Source: Promethearchaeota archaeon Loki_b32 (GTDB lineage Archaea > Asgardarchaeota > Lokiarchaeia > Sigyniarchaeales > SOKP01). From it: 64,000 nucleotides of DNA. This document shows positions 18,183-29,368 of this stretch, piece after piece. How positions within the stretch are numbered: the first letter of the stretch is position 1; every line of letters starts with the position of its first letter. The stretch spans positions 64,001-128,000 of the forward strand of contig NJBH01000006.1 of the NCBI GenBank assembly GCA_005223125.1. The letters run 5' to 3'. Below the pieces are notes generated by a model. That model saw only the letters and a program-made list of their open reading frames with translations. It made no database searches and had not been told where the DNA came from. A program made the translations under genes and the position numbers.

Positions 18183-18626
18183 TTAACCCTCTTTTCTGAA
18201 TTTCATATATGAAACTATACATAATGAGAATATTATTATATAGAGCGTCATGAGAATTGTTAATAATATGCTAAATTCACCTGCACTGGCAAATAAAGCT
18301 ATAGCACGAATAGATAATATAATGCTTATTGCTGTGAAGACATTGCATATAATACTTACTGTTTTAAATTTTCTCAAGGCAATTTGAAGTATACCTAAAA
18401 CAACATAAATTATAACAGCAATTACAGTACCAATAATAGTCATTAATAAAGCAAATATAACAATTGCAATACCTTCAAATAAACTCACCGCTTCATCGAG
18501 ATCAATAATGAAGGCAGAATAAATCACTGTTGCATTTATATCAAGAAAGAAGGTAACAATTCGCAATATTGCAACTAAAATACATAAATTCCCCGCAACG
18601 ATTCTTAAAATTTTATTAATTTCCAT
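18183..18626 (-). CDS. Hypothetical 4-TM membrane protein
   Basis: Four hydrophobic stretches; GGGAG SD before ATG 18626. Confidence 0.7.
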   Translation of the reverse strand: MEINKILRIVAGNLCILVAILRIVTFFLDINATVIYSAFIIDLDEAVSLFEGIAIVIFALLMTIIGTVIAVIIYVVLGILQIALRKFKTVSIICNVFTAISIILSIRAIALFASAGEFSILLTILMTLYIIIFSLCIVSYMKFRKEG

Positions 18627-18737
18627 ATTAGATTCTCCCAAAATTATAATTTTAATTTATTAATTAATATTAACTTAAATATTTTAAAAAATATTCTTCT
18701 TATTTGCCTATAAATAATTGTGAAACGAGAAGAAAAA

Positions 18738-19127
18738 ATGAAAATTGAGCATGTAGCTGTAGGACACAATTCTGAATTAGAAGCGGATATGTTTTTTATC
18801 GAATTACTTGGAATGAAAAAAACGCGATCAAAATCAGTTCCCGCTGATTTAATGGAAAAGTTTTTTAGTGTGAAAAGAGAACATACACTTCTAGTTTATG
18901 AATATGCAGATTTGAATTTTGAAGTGTTTATTACTGATGATAAAAGTAAAGCAAGTGATATGTTTACTCATTGTTGCTTATTGATTGATAATAGAGATGA
19001 GTTTGTTGATAAAGCATCCTCAATGGGATATGACGTAGTGAAAGTTCCTAGAGATGTTAGCAATGGATATTATCTTTTTATAAGAGATTCCTTTCACAAC
19101 ATTTATGAAATTAAGGAAAATATGTAA
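18738..19127 (+). CDS. VOC/glyoxalase family protein
   Basis: 'IEHVAV', 'FFIELLGM', 'FIRDSFHNIYEI'. Confidence 0.85.
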   Translation: MKIEHVAVGHNSELEADMFFIELLGMKKTRSKSVPADLMEKFFSVKREHTLLVYEYADLNFEVFITDDKSKASDMFTHCCLLIDNRDEFVDKASSMGYDVVKVPRDVSNGYYLFIRDSFHNIYEIKENM

Positions 19128-19132
19128 ATTGA

Positions 19133-19570
19133 TTAATCTGATTTTTTTAAAATCCCTGAATTTTTAATGATTTCCATATGGTCAAACGCTAATTTTAAAG
19201 AAGAGACTTATGTTAAGGGTACCAGTTCTAATTCAGCCGCATCATCTTTGGCTTTTGGTTTTTCCTTTTTTGTCTTCGGTTTACATAAGAAAGCAATAGA
19301 AACAGTATGTCCCCTCGGATCACGTTTAGGATCGGAAAAAACTCCAATTACATTGATAATGTTCACATTTATGTTTGTTTCTTCAAAAGCTTCCCTAATA
19401 CACGCTTCTTCTACAGTTTCTCCTATATCTACAAAACCTCCTGGCAGTGCTAAATCCCTCATGAAAGGAGGGTTTTTTCTCCGAATCAGAACTAAATCTC
19501 TTTTGTTATTAACCAAAATGACTGCATCAACAGTTAATAAGGGAGTTAATGGTTTAGGCATATTATTCAT
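19133..19570 (-). pseudogene. NUDIX hydrolase (ADP-ribose pyrophosphatase-like) with an in-frame TAA at 19210-19208
   Basis: Nudix box 'GGFVDIGETVEEACIREAFEET' and 'RDPR'. After the TAA the frame continues VSSLKLAFDHMEIIKNSGILKKSD*, which contains the family's LAFDH motif. Confidence 0.75.
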
Positions 19571-20384
19571 CCCATACTTCTGATGCAAGTAAATGCTCTA
19601 TCCTTGTTTTCCTAGGTCTAATAAATTCTGTATGATGTTCCTTACGTTCCACTAATAAACTTTTCTCAAGATTAATTGAATTAACTATGTAGACTTCTAA
19701 ATCCCCTTCATTAAGAAAAATATGATTAAAACTAGGCGAATCATCAGCGCGGACTTTATTTGAAGTTGAAGTACCACAATAAAGAAATGTTGTACTTGAA
19801 GAATTCTTCCAAGAAATTGTATAAGCATGAGGAACATGGCGATGACCCATTAATACTAAATCTATTTCAAATAAATTAGTAAACTCTAGAATTTCTCCAG
19901 CATCTCGAACAGTTGTAAATTTTTGTCCAGACATTGGAATAGGAATTAAATGGTGATGTAATGCAATTACTCTATCTTCTAAATTCCTGTTAAATTGGCG
20001 TGCTAACCAATCGAGTTGCTCGTCACCGATTTCGCCAGACGCGATATCATCTTTCGCAGAGCAAACACCTACTATTATGGCATCTTTTTCATTTAGAACC
20101 ACTCTAGACCTTCTTGGTCCAATTATTTTCTCAAAAAATACGAGACCAGAATTTTTGGCATCATGATTGCCGGGTACTGCCATGAATTTAGTAATATCTT
20201 TTATTCTTTTAATATATTGAACTACATTTTTAAATTGAACAACCCTTCCCTTATGTACAATATCTCCCGTACATATCACTATATCAGGGCGAATTTCATC
20301 AATGTAACTAATAATATTTTCGAATAGGTCTTCTCTAAACTCACTTCCATAATGTAAATCACTGATTTGTATGATTTCTACCAA
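19563..20384 (-). CDS. Calcineurin-like metallophosphoesterase (CpdA-like)
   Basis: DLH, TGD, PGNHD, HHH and GHRH motifs. Confidence 0.92.
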   Translation of the reverse strand: MVEIIQISDLHYGSEFREDLFENIISYIDEIRPDIVICTGDIVHKGRVVQFKNVVQYIKRIKDITKFMAVPGNHDAKNSGLVFFEKIIGPRRSRVVLNEKDAIIVGVCSAKDDIASGEIGDEQLDWLARQFNRNLEDRVIALHHHLIPIPMSGQKFTTVRDAGEILEFTNLFEIDLVLMGHRHVPHAYTISWKNSSSTTFLYCGTSTSNKVRADDSPSFNHIFLNEGDLEVYIVNSINLEKSLLVERKEHHTEFIRPRKTRIEHLLASEVWDE

Positions 20385-20625
20385 TATTTCAGCACACCAT
20401 CATATTAAGTTTAATTTTTAAGAGAGAATTTCTATAATTTATAAATTTAATAATTAGTACTAAATTTAAAATGTTTTTGATGAGATAAAAATCTTAAACA
20501 AAAAAGATTAGATTATGAATATTTAAGTTAAATAAAAGCTAAAAAATATTTAGTTGTAGTTCTCTACATTGAAAGAATGAATTGTCATAGCAAGTTGCTG
20601 TAATTTGCGTTGAAAAATAGTAGGT

Positions 20626-23592
20626 TTAAATGTTCTTTATTTTACCTTTAATACAAGTTTTAACATCATCAATACTTATTTCCTTATCATTGATAAAACC
20701 CTGCCCATAATCTTTTTTACCTCCACCCTTTCCATTAAACATGATCACAACATCTTTAACAAAGGTACCCACATTAAACTCAGATTCTTGAGCAGGTTTA
20801 GAACCTATCATTCCCAATACCATGATTCCTTTTTCAGTTTTATTTGTAAAAATAGCAATAACATCATTAGAATATTTCATCACTCTAACTGAGAAGTTTT
20901 TCAGATCATCTTGAGATAAACCATCAAAAGATTCTATAATCAACTTGTAGTGTTTAAATGTTTGAGCGTTATTGACAAGATCCTCAATATAATCGTCACT
21001 AAGAAGGTTTTTCATCTGCTTGATCTTTTTTATTCCCTCAGCCCATTCACTATAAAACTTTTGAATTTTACTTGGTACATCATCTTTTTTAACACTTAAA
21101 AATTGAGAAATTTCGGATAGAACATCTACTTCAAATGTTTCATTAGATGTTAGTTGTAGATCTCTCTCATTTATTATACCGGACTTAAGAGTTTTATTTA
21201 CATTTTTCCATTTTTCGAATAACTCTACTACCCGGTTGACGAGTTGTTTGCGTTCAACTTTTAAAATTCTTTTTAATTCATCAAGAATTCTTTTATGTTT
21301 TTCTTTTAACTTATTTGTTGCTTCCCCGGCAACAAATGTAAGTCTGACAATACCATCTTGTATCTTTTGTGATTTAGTGATATGTATATATCCAGTTTCT
21401 GAAGTGTTATTTAGATGTGTACCACCACAAGCCTCAACGTCAACCCCGGGAATCTCAACGATTCTTAAATTTTTTCCGGGTACAGCTCCTCCTTGATAAA
21501 TTGCCATACCATATTTTTGTTCTGCTTCAGTACGAGGTATGAAGTCTAGATGAAGATCTATGCCTTTTTCGACTATCTGATTTGCTCTCTTTTCAATTTC
21601 CAGAATTTTTTCTCTAGGAATTTGTTCATAATGTGTAATATCCAAATGAGAATTTTTTAACGTTTTTTTAGCCCCTGCTTGATTTATATGACTTCCTAAA
21701 ACATCTCGTGCTACCGCATTAACAATATGAGTAGCAGTGTGATGTTGTGAGAGCTGAGTACGCCAATTTTTATCAACTTCTACGTTAACAATATCTCCCT
21801 CATTAAAAGTAAGATTCTCATCTAAAACATGAACGGTATAATTACCTTGTTTAAAAACATCAGAAAATTTTTGTCCATTAATTGTTCCTACATCATGAAG
21901 TTGCCCTCCAGAGGTAGGATATGCAACGGTTTTATCCAAAATAACCATTTTATCAATGATTTTTAGAACCGTCGCTTTATTTGAAATCTCAGTATAATCA
22001 TAATAATAAAGTGATTTTGTTTCAGGGATTCCTCCTAAATCCAATTCAATTTCTTTTATTGTTGCATGAATTTGCTCGTTTATTTCATGTCTTTCAACTA
22101 CTAAATGATAAAAATCGTCAGGAATATTTACTTTTACACCATAATTTTTAGCTGCTGTTTTTACCATATCAGGGCTTATACCATTAGAATCATATAATTC
22201 TATTAGAGTTTCAGTAGAAATTTCACCTTTTTTTAAGATTTTTTCTAGAATTTTTCCTGCTTTTTTCTTAGTAGCATAAAATTTCTCTTTTTCAACATCT
22301 AAGATTTCGCGAATTTCATCTAAATGTTCTGAAACTTCAGGAAATATACCTTCCAGTTCTTTAGCATGCCAAGTACACACATCAGCCATATTAATATCCC
22401 AATTGAATTTATCGATAAAACTTATAGCTCGTCGAAATATTACTCTTAAATTATATCCTCCACCAACATTTGAGGGAAGCTTTCCATCATTTATCGCAAA
22501 AAGTAAGCTACGCGCATGCTCAGCAATAGAATATAGTGCCGTCATCGGTAAAACTTTTTGTTTTAATTCCTTTACTCCAATCTCTAATTCTTTAGCAACG
22601 CGATTCCAAGCTTCATCCATATTGTCTACTTCATCCACATTTAGATAAGCAGAATATTGTGAAAAACGATTATATAACTCTAAGTCTAACTCGATTTTAG
22701 TGATTACTCTTAATTTTGACAAAACAAAAGGAAATATAGCCTCGTACATGTTAGGTGTGCCTTGTGAAAACCATGCTACACGCTCTTGACCAAGTCCCAT
22801 ATCAAGAACTTTAAGTTTAAGTTCACGTGGGCCTTCAGGAGTTTGTTCAAACATAGTATAAACTTGATTAAATAGCTCTACACCTCTACTGAAGAATTCA
22901 AGACTACAACCAAAGGAACCTCCTCCAGCCCAAGAGTCTTCATGTATTGTTATTTCTTCTTTTGGTAAACCTACACCCTTATGAATAAAATCATGTATAT
23001 CCATAAATAGTTCACCTTGATTCCATTCTTCGGGGGATACAAACGAATGTTGCCCAATCATTACGAAACCAGTGTTGTGTGAACCTGTTATCCCCACGTT
23101 TTCAATGTCATTAAACCTTAAACAAAACTGGGGGATTACTAGCTTTTTAGCGGGAGGTTCTACTTCTCCCGTAATAACATAGGGTTGGAATGCAGATATT
23201 GAAGCAATTGTAAATTCCGAAGTTGGATTCCATCGAGCTACGCAGGGATATCTTTTTATGGGAAGGTAACCTCGGGGTTCTAAAATCTCTACGATTTTTT
23301 CCCAAACTCCAATAAAGGACAATTCTACTTTAGAGGGATTATTAATAACAACTTGAAATCCTCCTGAACATGTGGGATCTCCACAAACTTCTCTGTTTTT
23401 AAGTGTAGTCCAGAAATAAGTGCCACAACATTCACAATTTTTTCTCATATATCCTAATTCTCTGAGTTCAGTAGTAGGAAAATAAGCATCAGGATTTCTT
23501 GAGGCTATTTTTTTGAAATTTTGTTTTAACTCTTTATCTGTGTGAGCATCCTTAAATTCCAACTTTTCTTTATCTGAGAGCACTATAATCAA
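20626..23592 (-). CDS. alaS: Alanine--tRNA ligase (archaeal type)
   Basis: N-terminal Zn ribbon, 'TIASISAFQP', 'DMGLGQER', editing motifs HTATH and CGGTH, C-terminal GKGGGK. Confidence 0.97.
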   Translation of the reverse strand: MIIVLSDKEKLEFKDAHTDKELKQNFKKIASRNPDAYFPTTELRELGYMRKNCECCGTYFWTTLKNREVCGDPTCSGGFQVVINNPSKVELSFIGVWEKIVEILEPRGYLPIKRYPCVARWNPTSEFTIASISAFQPYVITGEVEPPAKKLVIPQFCLRFNDIENVGITGSHNTGFVMIGQHSFVSPEEWNQGELFMDIHDFIHKGVGLPKEEITIHEDSWAGGGSFGCSLEFFSRGVELFNQVYTMFEQTPEGPRELKLKVLDMGLGQERVAWFSQGTPNMYEAIFPFVLSKLRVITKIELDLELYNRFSQYSAYLNVDEVDNMDEAWNRVAKELEIGVKELKQKVLPMTALYSIAEHARSLLFAINDGKLPSNVGGGYNLRVIFRRAISFIDKFNWDINMADVCTWHAKELEGIFPEVSEHLDEIREILDVEKEKFYATKKKAGKILEKILKKGEISTETLIELYDSNGISPDMVKTAAKNYGVKVNIPDDFYHLVVERHEINEQIHATIKEIELDLGGIPETKSLYYYDYTEISNKATVLKIIDKMVILDKTVAYPTSGGQLHDVGTINGQKFSDVFKQGNYTVHVLDENLTFNEGDIVNVEVDKNWRTQLSQHHTATHIVNAVARDVLGSHINQAGAKKTLKNSHLDITHYEQIPREKILEIEKRANQIVEKGIDLHLDFIPRTEAEQKYGMAIYQGGAVPGKNLRIVEIPGVDVEACGGTHLNNTSETGYIHITKSQKIQDGIVRLTFVAGEATNKLKEKHKRILDELKRILKVERKQLVNRVVELFEKWKNVNKTLKSGIINERDLQLTSNETFEVDVLSEISQFLSVKKDDVPSKIQKFYSEWAEGIKKIKQMKNLLSDDYIEDLVNNAQTFKHYKLIIESFDGLSQDDLKNFSVRVMKYSNDVIAIFTNKTEKGIMVLGMIGSKPAQESEFNVGTFVKDVVIMFNGKGGGKKDYGQGFINDKEISIDDVKTCIKGKIKNI

Positions 23593-23828
23593 ATTATATT
23601 AATCAAAACTATTTCATATAATAATTAAAAGAATTACGATTCTCCTATAATAATTTCATTTTATATTTTATTTCTTAACAATTTTATTATATATTTTCTG
23701 AATTTAACTTCTAATAAAAAACAGTAACGTTATCTATACTACTCCGCTGATAAAGCTTTTAAACTATAAAATTAATTTTTACTTACAAAAATATCTAATT
23801 TAGAATTATATAGAGAGGTAGAAATCAA

Positions 23829-24131
23829 ATGGCTCATATGTTAGTTACAGGTTGGTATCCACCAAATAAAGCTCAAGAATTACTGAAAGTGTTTATGTCA
23901 AAGGATAAACCAGCATACCCCGATTTCGTAAAAAAAATCCATCACTGGACAGTAGTGTCTTCAGATGGTTATTATAAAACATATGCCGTATATGAATTTC
24001 CAGATGATAAAATAATAGAAACACAGAAAGCACTTGGTAAAAGATATATTTTATATGCCACAGTGGAGGGCTACAGATACTATCCTGAATTATTAATGGA
24101 TGCTGAAGAAGCGATCAAACTTCTTCTTTAA
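23829..24131 (+). CDS. Hypothetical protein (dimeric alpha+beta barrel-like)
   Basis: 100 aa with GAGGT SD; the fold guess is from the residue pattern only. Confidence 0.65.
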   Translation: MAHMLVTGWYPPNKAQELLKVFMSKDKPAYPDFVKKIHHWTVVSSDGYYKTYAVYEFPDDKIIETQKALGKRYILYATVEGYRYYPELLMDAEEAIKLLL

Positions 24132-24155
24132 TTTTAATAACTTTTTAATTTTTTT

Positions 24156-24602
24156 TTATAATTCTAAAACCTGAAGTCTTGAGTATCCGTCTTTTATAAA
24201 ATCATAATCAAGAAGTTCTATTTTTTCAGGTATAATTTTTAATATTAGTTTTCTTCTTCCTCGCACAATTTTTTGAGCTTTTTCGAATTCTGTATCTCCT
24301 TCTTTTAAAAGCATTAACCTATTTTTGCCAGAAGCAGTAATTTGCATTCCTTGGATTTTACCCTCAGATAATGGTGTATATATACCAATACTGATATTAG
24401 GATTTTGTTCTATATTTTTAACTTTCCTTCCAGGAGCAGGGCCAACATAAATATTAAAACTATCCTTTTCTGTATAAAAATCCATCGGAGTTGCGCGAGG
24501 AATATTATTATTGCAAGTACAGAGAACTAATACTTTCCTCTTATCCAAATATTCACGAATTTGTTTTTTAAGTTCTTCTTTAGGCATTTCTTTTTCATTC
24601 AT
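24156..24602 (-). CDS. Pyridoxamine 5'-phosphate oxidase family (split-barrel flavin/F420-binding) protein
   Basis: 'LCT..N.PRATP', 'KVKNIEQNPNISI', 'GMQITA'. Confidence 0.8.
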   Translation of the reverse strand: MNEKEMPKEELKKQIREYLDKRKVLVLCTCNNNIPRATPMDFYTEKDSFNIYVGPAPGRKVKNIEQNPNISIGIYTPLSEGKIQGMQITASGKNRLMLLKEGDTEFEKAQKIVRGRRKLILKIIPEKIELLDYDFIKDGYSRLQVLEL

Positions 24603-24855
24603 TTTTGAAATCTCAAATTAATCTCATTTAGATTATTTATTACAAATGAATAAATGAAGATAAATTTTTGAAAAGTAGTGATAAAATACTTAGTTTTTTT
24701 ATAATCCATCTTTAACAGAATTACCAGAAACGAGATAATTTCACAAAATTGTAAAATACATGATGAAATTGAAAAAGATCCTGAAGATCAAGTTTCTTTT
24801 CTTGTTGGGGTAATTTAAGTGATACTTTTTAAGATAAAAACCATTTTTTTATTGA

Positions 24856-26151
24856 ATGAACTTACCTGCAATACTATTGATTTTGGTTTTATTTGCCATT
24901 TTGATGGCTTTTTTTTCTCAAGATAAGATCGATTATTTCCCTATTGCATTAATCATCGGAGCCATCGCAGTAGTTTCAATGCTCACAATTTTTAATGTTG
25001 GAGAGGAAGAAATTATTGGATTTATTGATTTTAACACGTTAATCTTCATATTTGCTATGCAGATAATTATCTATTATGCAACTAATGACCGAGTTTTGGA
25101 ATATATCGCAGTTAAATTGATTCATATCACGAAAGGGAATAACCGGTTATTCTTCTATATGATTTGCCTGTTTACAGGTACTTTAGTTGCTTTTATCGAG
25201 GATTTAACCCTCTCGTTGATACTAATTCCATTAATCTACAGAACATGCCGAATATTAGAGATACGTCCAGGTACTTACATGATGGGGATGACCATTACTA
25301 TAAATATCGGGGCAATACTCACACCTGTCTCGAGTTTAAAAAATTTGATAATCGGTGAGGAATTTGGGTGGGGTTTTGGTCAATATCTTGCCAATATGGG
25401 TATTTTATTTATAATTACGTTAGTATCCACCATTTTCTTAATGGATTGGTTCATACTGAAAAAAGAAGAAAAACCAACTGAACGAAATAAGAAGATATTA
25501 TTGGAAATACTGGACCCGGGAATTGTGATCCAGAATAAAAAGTACTTTTTAATGACAATTGTCATTGTTCTATCCACTTTTGTGTTCATGTTCTTAGGAT
25601 TCGCCCCTGCTCTTGTCGCGATCATATCTGCAGCTATTCTTCTCCTTATCCACTCTAAGAATTCTAAATTCTCGGATATTAAAGACGATATCCCATTGAG
25701 AATCATCATTATATTTGCGATTTTGTTCATTCTTTCAAATTCTTTATCACGATTTGGCTTTTCAGAGTTGATCTCCACAGGTCTGGTAAACATGTCAAAT
25801 AATAACATTTATCTAGCCGTATTGATAACATTAAGTCTCTCGTCTCTCTTGTCCGCTTTTCTAGCGGGTACACCCGTTACCATCATCCTTCTTCCGATTT
25901 TTTCGACACTCATAGGAGAGGGTTTCTTTCCTAACCCGATCATTATTGCTTTCATAAGCGGGGTTAACATGGCAGGTAATTTTTTACCGCAGGGTTCTGC
26001 TTGTGATCTTCTCACCCTTTCATTAGCAAAAAAATACAAAGTGGTGAATTTGGATTACAAGCGTTTATTAAAAAATGGCGCGGTTTTCGCTATGATGCAC
26101 TTCCTCATTATATTGGCTTATACAATGGTCTATACTTTAATTTTAAGTTAA
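24856..26151 (+). CDS. ArsB/NhaD/SLC13 family permease
   Basis: 'IDFNTL', 'NIGAILTP.S..NL', 'NMAGNFLPQGS'; about 11 TM helices. Confidence 0.85.
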   Translation: MNLPAILLILVLFAILMAFFSQDKIDYFPIALIIGAIAVVSMLTIFNVGEEEIIGFIDFNTLIFIFAMQIIIYYATNDRVLEYIAVKLIHITKGNNRLFFYMICLFTGTLVAFIEDLTLSLILIPLIYRTCRILEIRPGTYMMGMTITINIGAILTPVSSLKNLIIGEEFGWGFGQYLANMGILFIITLVSTIFLMDWFILKKEEKPTERNKKILLEILDPGIVIQNKKYFLMTIVIVLSTFVFMFLGFAPALVAIISAAILLLIHSKNSKFSDIKDDIPLRIIIIFAILFILSNSLSRFGFSELISTGLVNMSNNNIYLAVLITLSLSSLLSAFLAGTPVTIILLPIFSTLIGEGFFPNPIIIAFISGVNMAGNFLPQGSACDLLTLSLAKKYKVVNLDYKRLLKNGAVFAMMHFLIILAYTMVYTLILS

Positions 26152-26275
26152 GAAATTCATATTTTTTACCCAATCACGTTATGAGTGAATATACTTGTGA
26201 AATCAGATTTAGAGAGATTAAGATAATTTTATTTAAATCTTTGAAATCCTGTAGAAACGATACTAATTGTTTATC

Positions 26276-27421
26276 TTAAAACCCAACAATGTTTGTATTT
26301 CCAAAATCAATATCTGAATCTACAGCAGTTCGCACGTATGGAGATACAGGTCCATTTGCTAGAACCATTATCTTTATTTTGGAACCCATATCAGGTTTAT
26401 TTTGAACTCCAAATTTTAGTTGAGCATCTTCTGGAATCCCATTTGAAATAGTAGAAATTACTTTATCAACTTTTGATAATGTTAATGTATGATCACCGGT
26501 GACCGAAACCAAACATCTATTCACTTGACTTGGATCTGGCTTCAATAAAGGATTATTTAAGGCTAATTTTGCCTTTTCAATTAAATCTGACTCATCTCCT
26601 AAACATTCCGCTATACCAATTAAACCAGAAGGATATTTACCAGTTGGATTTTCCAGTAGAGTCTTTTTCACATCTGCAAAATCTATATTGACTAAACCAC
26701 AATTATTAATCAAATTTACAACTTCACCTATATTTCTTATTAGAATTTCATCCATAATTTTAAATCCTGTTATCATAGGGATTTTTCCAACAATTCCGAG
26801 CAGATTATCATTTGGAATTGGAATTAGAAAATCAGAGTATTTAGCAAGGTTTTTTAACCCTAAACTTGCTCTAGCAGATCTTTGTTTACCTTCAGATTTA
26901 AACGGAAGTGAGCAAAAAGTTGCAACAATGGCATTATTCTTTTTTGCTTCTTCTGCAATAATGGGAGCTGCTCCAGTACCTGTACCCCCGCCTAAACCAC
27001 ATGTTAAAAAGATAATATCTCCATTTAACGTTTGATTTAGCCTTTCACGGTCTTCTTCAGCAGCTTCTGCACCGACATGGGGGTCATTTCCTGAACCTAA
27101 CCCATTACAAAGCTCTTTTCCAATTAAGATTTTATGTTTTGAATTTGAGTAATACAAATCATGGGCATCAGTATTTATTGTAATTGTTTCAGCATGATTG
27201 AGGCCCATATCCTCTAATCGTGAAACAGTGTTATTTCCTGCTCCTCCGACACCAACCACATATGTCTTAATTTTTAATACTTTCAATAAGTCAGCCAAAT
27301 ACTTATCATCGTCGCAATTTGGATTTGAATTGGGATTTTGGTTATGTTGAGCTATTTCATTAAACCTCTCTCTTACCGATGATCGCTTTTTGGCTAAATC
27401 TAAAATATCGTCAACACTCAT
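26276..27421 (-). CDS. ftsZ: Cell division protein FtsZ
   Basis: GVGGAGNN, INTD, GLGGGTGTG, PF..EG..R, T7 loop NIDFADV. Confidence 0.95.
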   Translation of the reverse strand: MSVDDILDLAKKRSSVRERFNEIAQHNQNPNSNPNCDDDKYLADLLKVLKIKTYVVGVGGAGNNTVSRLEDMGLNHAETITINTDAHDLYYSNSKHKILIGKELCNGLGSGNDPHVGAEAAEEDRERLNQTLNGDIIFLTCGLGGGTGTGAAPIIAEEAKKNNAIVATFCSLPFKSEGKQRSARASLGLKNLAKYSDFLIPIPNDNLLGIVGKIPMITGFKIMDEILIRNIGEVVNLINNCGLVNIDFADVKKTLLENPTGKYPSGLIGIAECLGDESDLIEKAKLALNNPLLKPDPSQVNRCLVSVTGDHTLTLSKVDKVISTISNGIPEDAQLKFGVQNKPDMGSKIKIMVLANGPVSPYVRTAVDSDIDFGNTNIVGF

Positions 27422-27665
27422 GATATATCATCTAAAAAATTAGGTTATTATAATACGACAACGATATCAGTATAATATAACTAAATAATATGAAGATAAT
27501 ATTGGCGAAATATTCAACATAACCAAATGTTTTTGTAATAAGTGTAAGTCGTTAATTTTATTATTATATCAATTTTTTCGTTTGAAATAAAGGACAAATC
27601 ATTGCAGAATAAAATTTATAAGTCTAAATTATCATGATTATCATGGCTTAAGGGTATAACAAAAT

Positions 27666-27905
27666 ATGGAAATTGATAATACAAAAACTAGCAGTAATGA
27701 GTCATTGGATGGCTCAAAACATGATGATTTAATTAAAGTTAGGGCTACAATTTCTTGTCCGAATGGCGATTACAAGAAGATATTTAGAAATCAATTTCTA
27801 AGAAAAGAAATAGAAATGATGATTGTTACCTTCAAAGTGTTTGATTGGTTAACATGCAATAAATGTGGGGAACTCTTAAAGTTAGATTTGGAGTTTTCTA
27901 TTTAA
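27666..27905 (+). CDS. Small putative Zn-ribbon protein
   Basis: CPNG...CNKCG; 79 aa; divergent from ftsZ. Confidence 0.65.
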   Translation: MEIDNTKTSSNESLDGSKHDDLIKVRATISCPNGDYKKIFRNQFLRKEIEMMIVTFKVFDWLTCNKCGELLKLDLEFSI

Positions 27906-27985
27906 GATGTTAAAAATTCTATATAACACATTTACCTTTACTTATTTTTGGTTATAAGAATAACTGTTAAGAATTTGATTTTTCC

Positions 27986-29296
27986 TTATATTTTAAGATT
28001 AATTTGACCATACGTACCACCACCTCCAGGAGTATATTCAATTTCATTGTTTCTAAAAGCTCGTATAACTGAGGCAATAGTTGGATCAAATTTTTCAATT
28101 TTACTAATTGGGAGATTGATTAAAATTTCAAATTCAGGTCCAAGTTCGCTTATTATTTTGTTATATTCATTTAAAACCGTTTTACTTGTTGAGCTTTTAA
28201 TATTTTTGATGGAACGGATAATATCAATTAATGGAACGGCGTTTATATAATTAGGTCTATGATCTGGATGAATAGGATTTTCCGATGTAGAAATAACATC
28301 TATTCTTTCACTTACACCTAACTTTACTTTAAAATTTTTACCAAATTCTTCCTTACATGCAGGACATACTATTTTATTATCTGCTACTTGCTTTATATAT
28401 TGATTTTTAGCTGTTTGAGGATTACTCGAAAATATCGCAATGAAATTTTCAGTAATCGAATATTGGTTAAATACATTTTGGATGGTTTTTTTTGCTTTCT
28501 TAAAAATAATTCTCCTTCGGCACTTATTACAAAACATTTTGTAGTATTTTCCAAGTTTAGGATGTAAGCCTACATTTAATGATATTTTTCTCCCATCTTT
28601 TCGTTTAAGCGCTAATAAGATTTCTTCAAAAGAGGGATTATCAATATCAAATCTATTAAATTCCCTGCCTAGAGAACGTGGGTTTTGAGAATGTGCATCA
28701 CTATTACTTAAAAAAGTTACATCTTTTAGACATTTCAATCTGTCTGCGAGATGAGTATTGGCAGATAATCCTAATTCTATAAAGAATATATTTTTTGTAG
28801 CATCCTGGTAGCAATCTTTAAGAGTTTTAAACTTATTCTGTCGGAATATTGCTTTAAAGGGTGTAAAAGCATGAGCGGGTCCAATTATAGCACCCTCATC
28901 GGAGATAATATCAACTAATTCTGGTGGAGATAAATTAACCCTAGGACGCCCACCCCATTCACCTAAAATATTGGTTGAGTAGGGTACTAATTTCTTTTGA
29001 ATATTTTTTACCATATCAAAATCTTCAAAAAAAACAACTTCATGTACACTTTCTTGATCTTCAATTTCAGTTTGAAGAATAAAATAAATATCCTTATAAC
29101 AATACGCTCCATCTTTATCTTTTTCTAATTTGTTCTCTAAGTATTTCAACCAATCTGGTTGCAATACATCTCCTGTACCTAAAATGTTTAAACCTTTTTT
29201 TTTACAGGTTTCTAACATCGTGTCCAAATTCAACGTTTTTGATACTGCAATTGAATGAGGGGAGTGTATATGTAGGTCGGCATTGAAGATATTCAT
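27986..29296 (-). CDS. Endonuclease Q-like PHP-domain protein
   Basis: 'DLHIHS', 'GTGD', 'PAHAFTP', 'ELGLS', 'NSDAHS', 'GREFN', two CxxC, 'PGGGG.YG'. Confidence 0.88.
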   Translation of the reverse strand: MNIFNADLHIHSPHSIAVSKTLNLDTMLETCKKKGLNILGTGDVLQPDWLKYLENKLEKDKDGAYCYKDIYFILQTEIEDQESVHEVVFFEDFDMVKNIQKKLVPYSTNILGEWGGRPRVNLSPPELVDIISDEGAIIGPAHAFTPFKAIFRQNKFKTLKDCYQDATKNIFFIELGLSANTHLADRLKCLKDVTFLSNSDAHSQNPRSLGREFNRFDIDNPSFEEILLALKRKDGRKISLNVGLHPKLGKYYKMFCNKCRRRIIFKKAKKTIQNVFNQYSITENFIAIFSSNPQTAKNQYIKQVADNKIVCPACKEEFGKNFKVKLGVSERIDVISTSENPIHPDHRPNYINAVPLIDIIRSIKNIKSSTSKTVLNEYNKIISELGPEFEILINLPISKIEKFDPTIASVIRAFRNNEIEYTPGGGGTYGQINLKI

Positions 29297-29368
29297 TTTT
29301 TTCGAAATTAAATAGTAATTTTATACATTACATTAATTTCAATTTAATTAAGATTCTTTTATTTTTCC

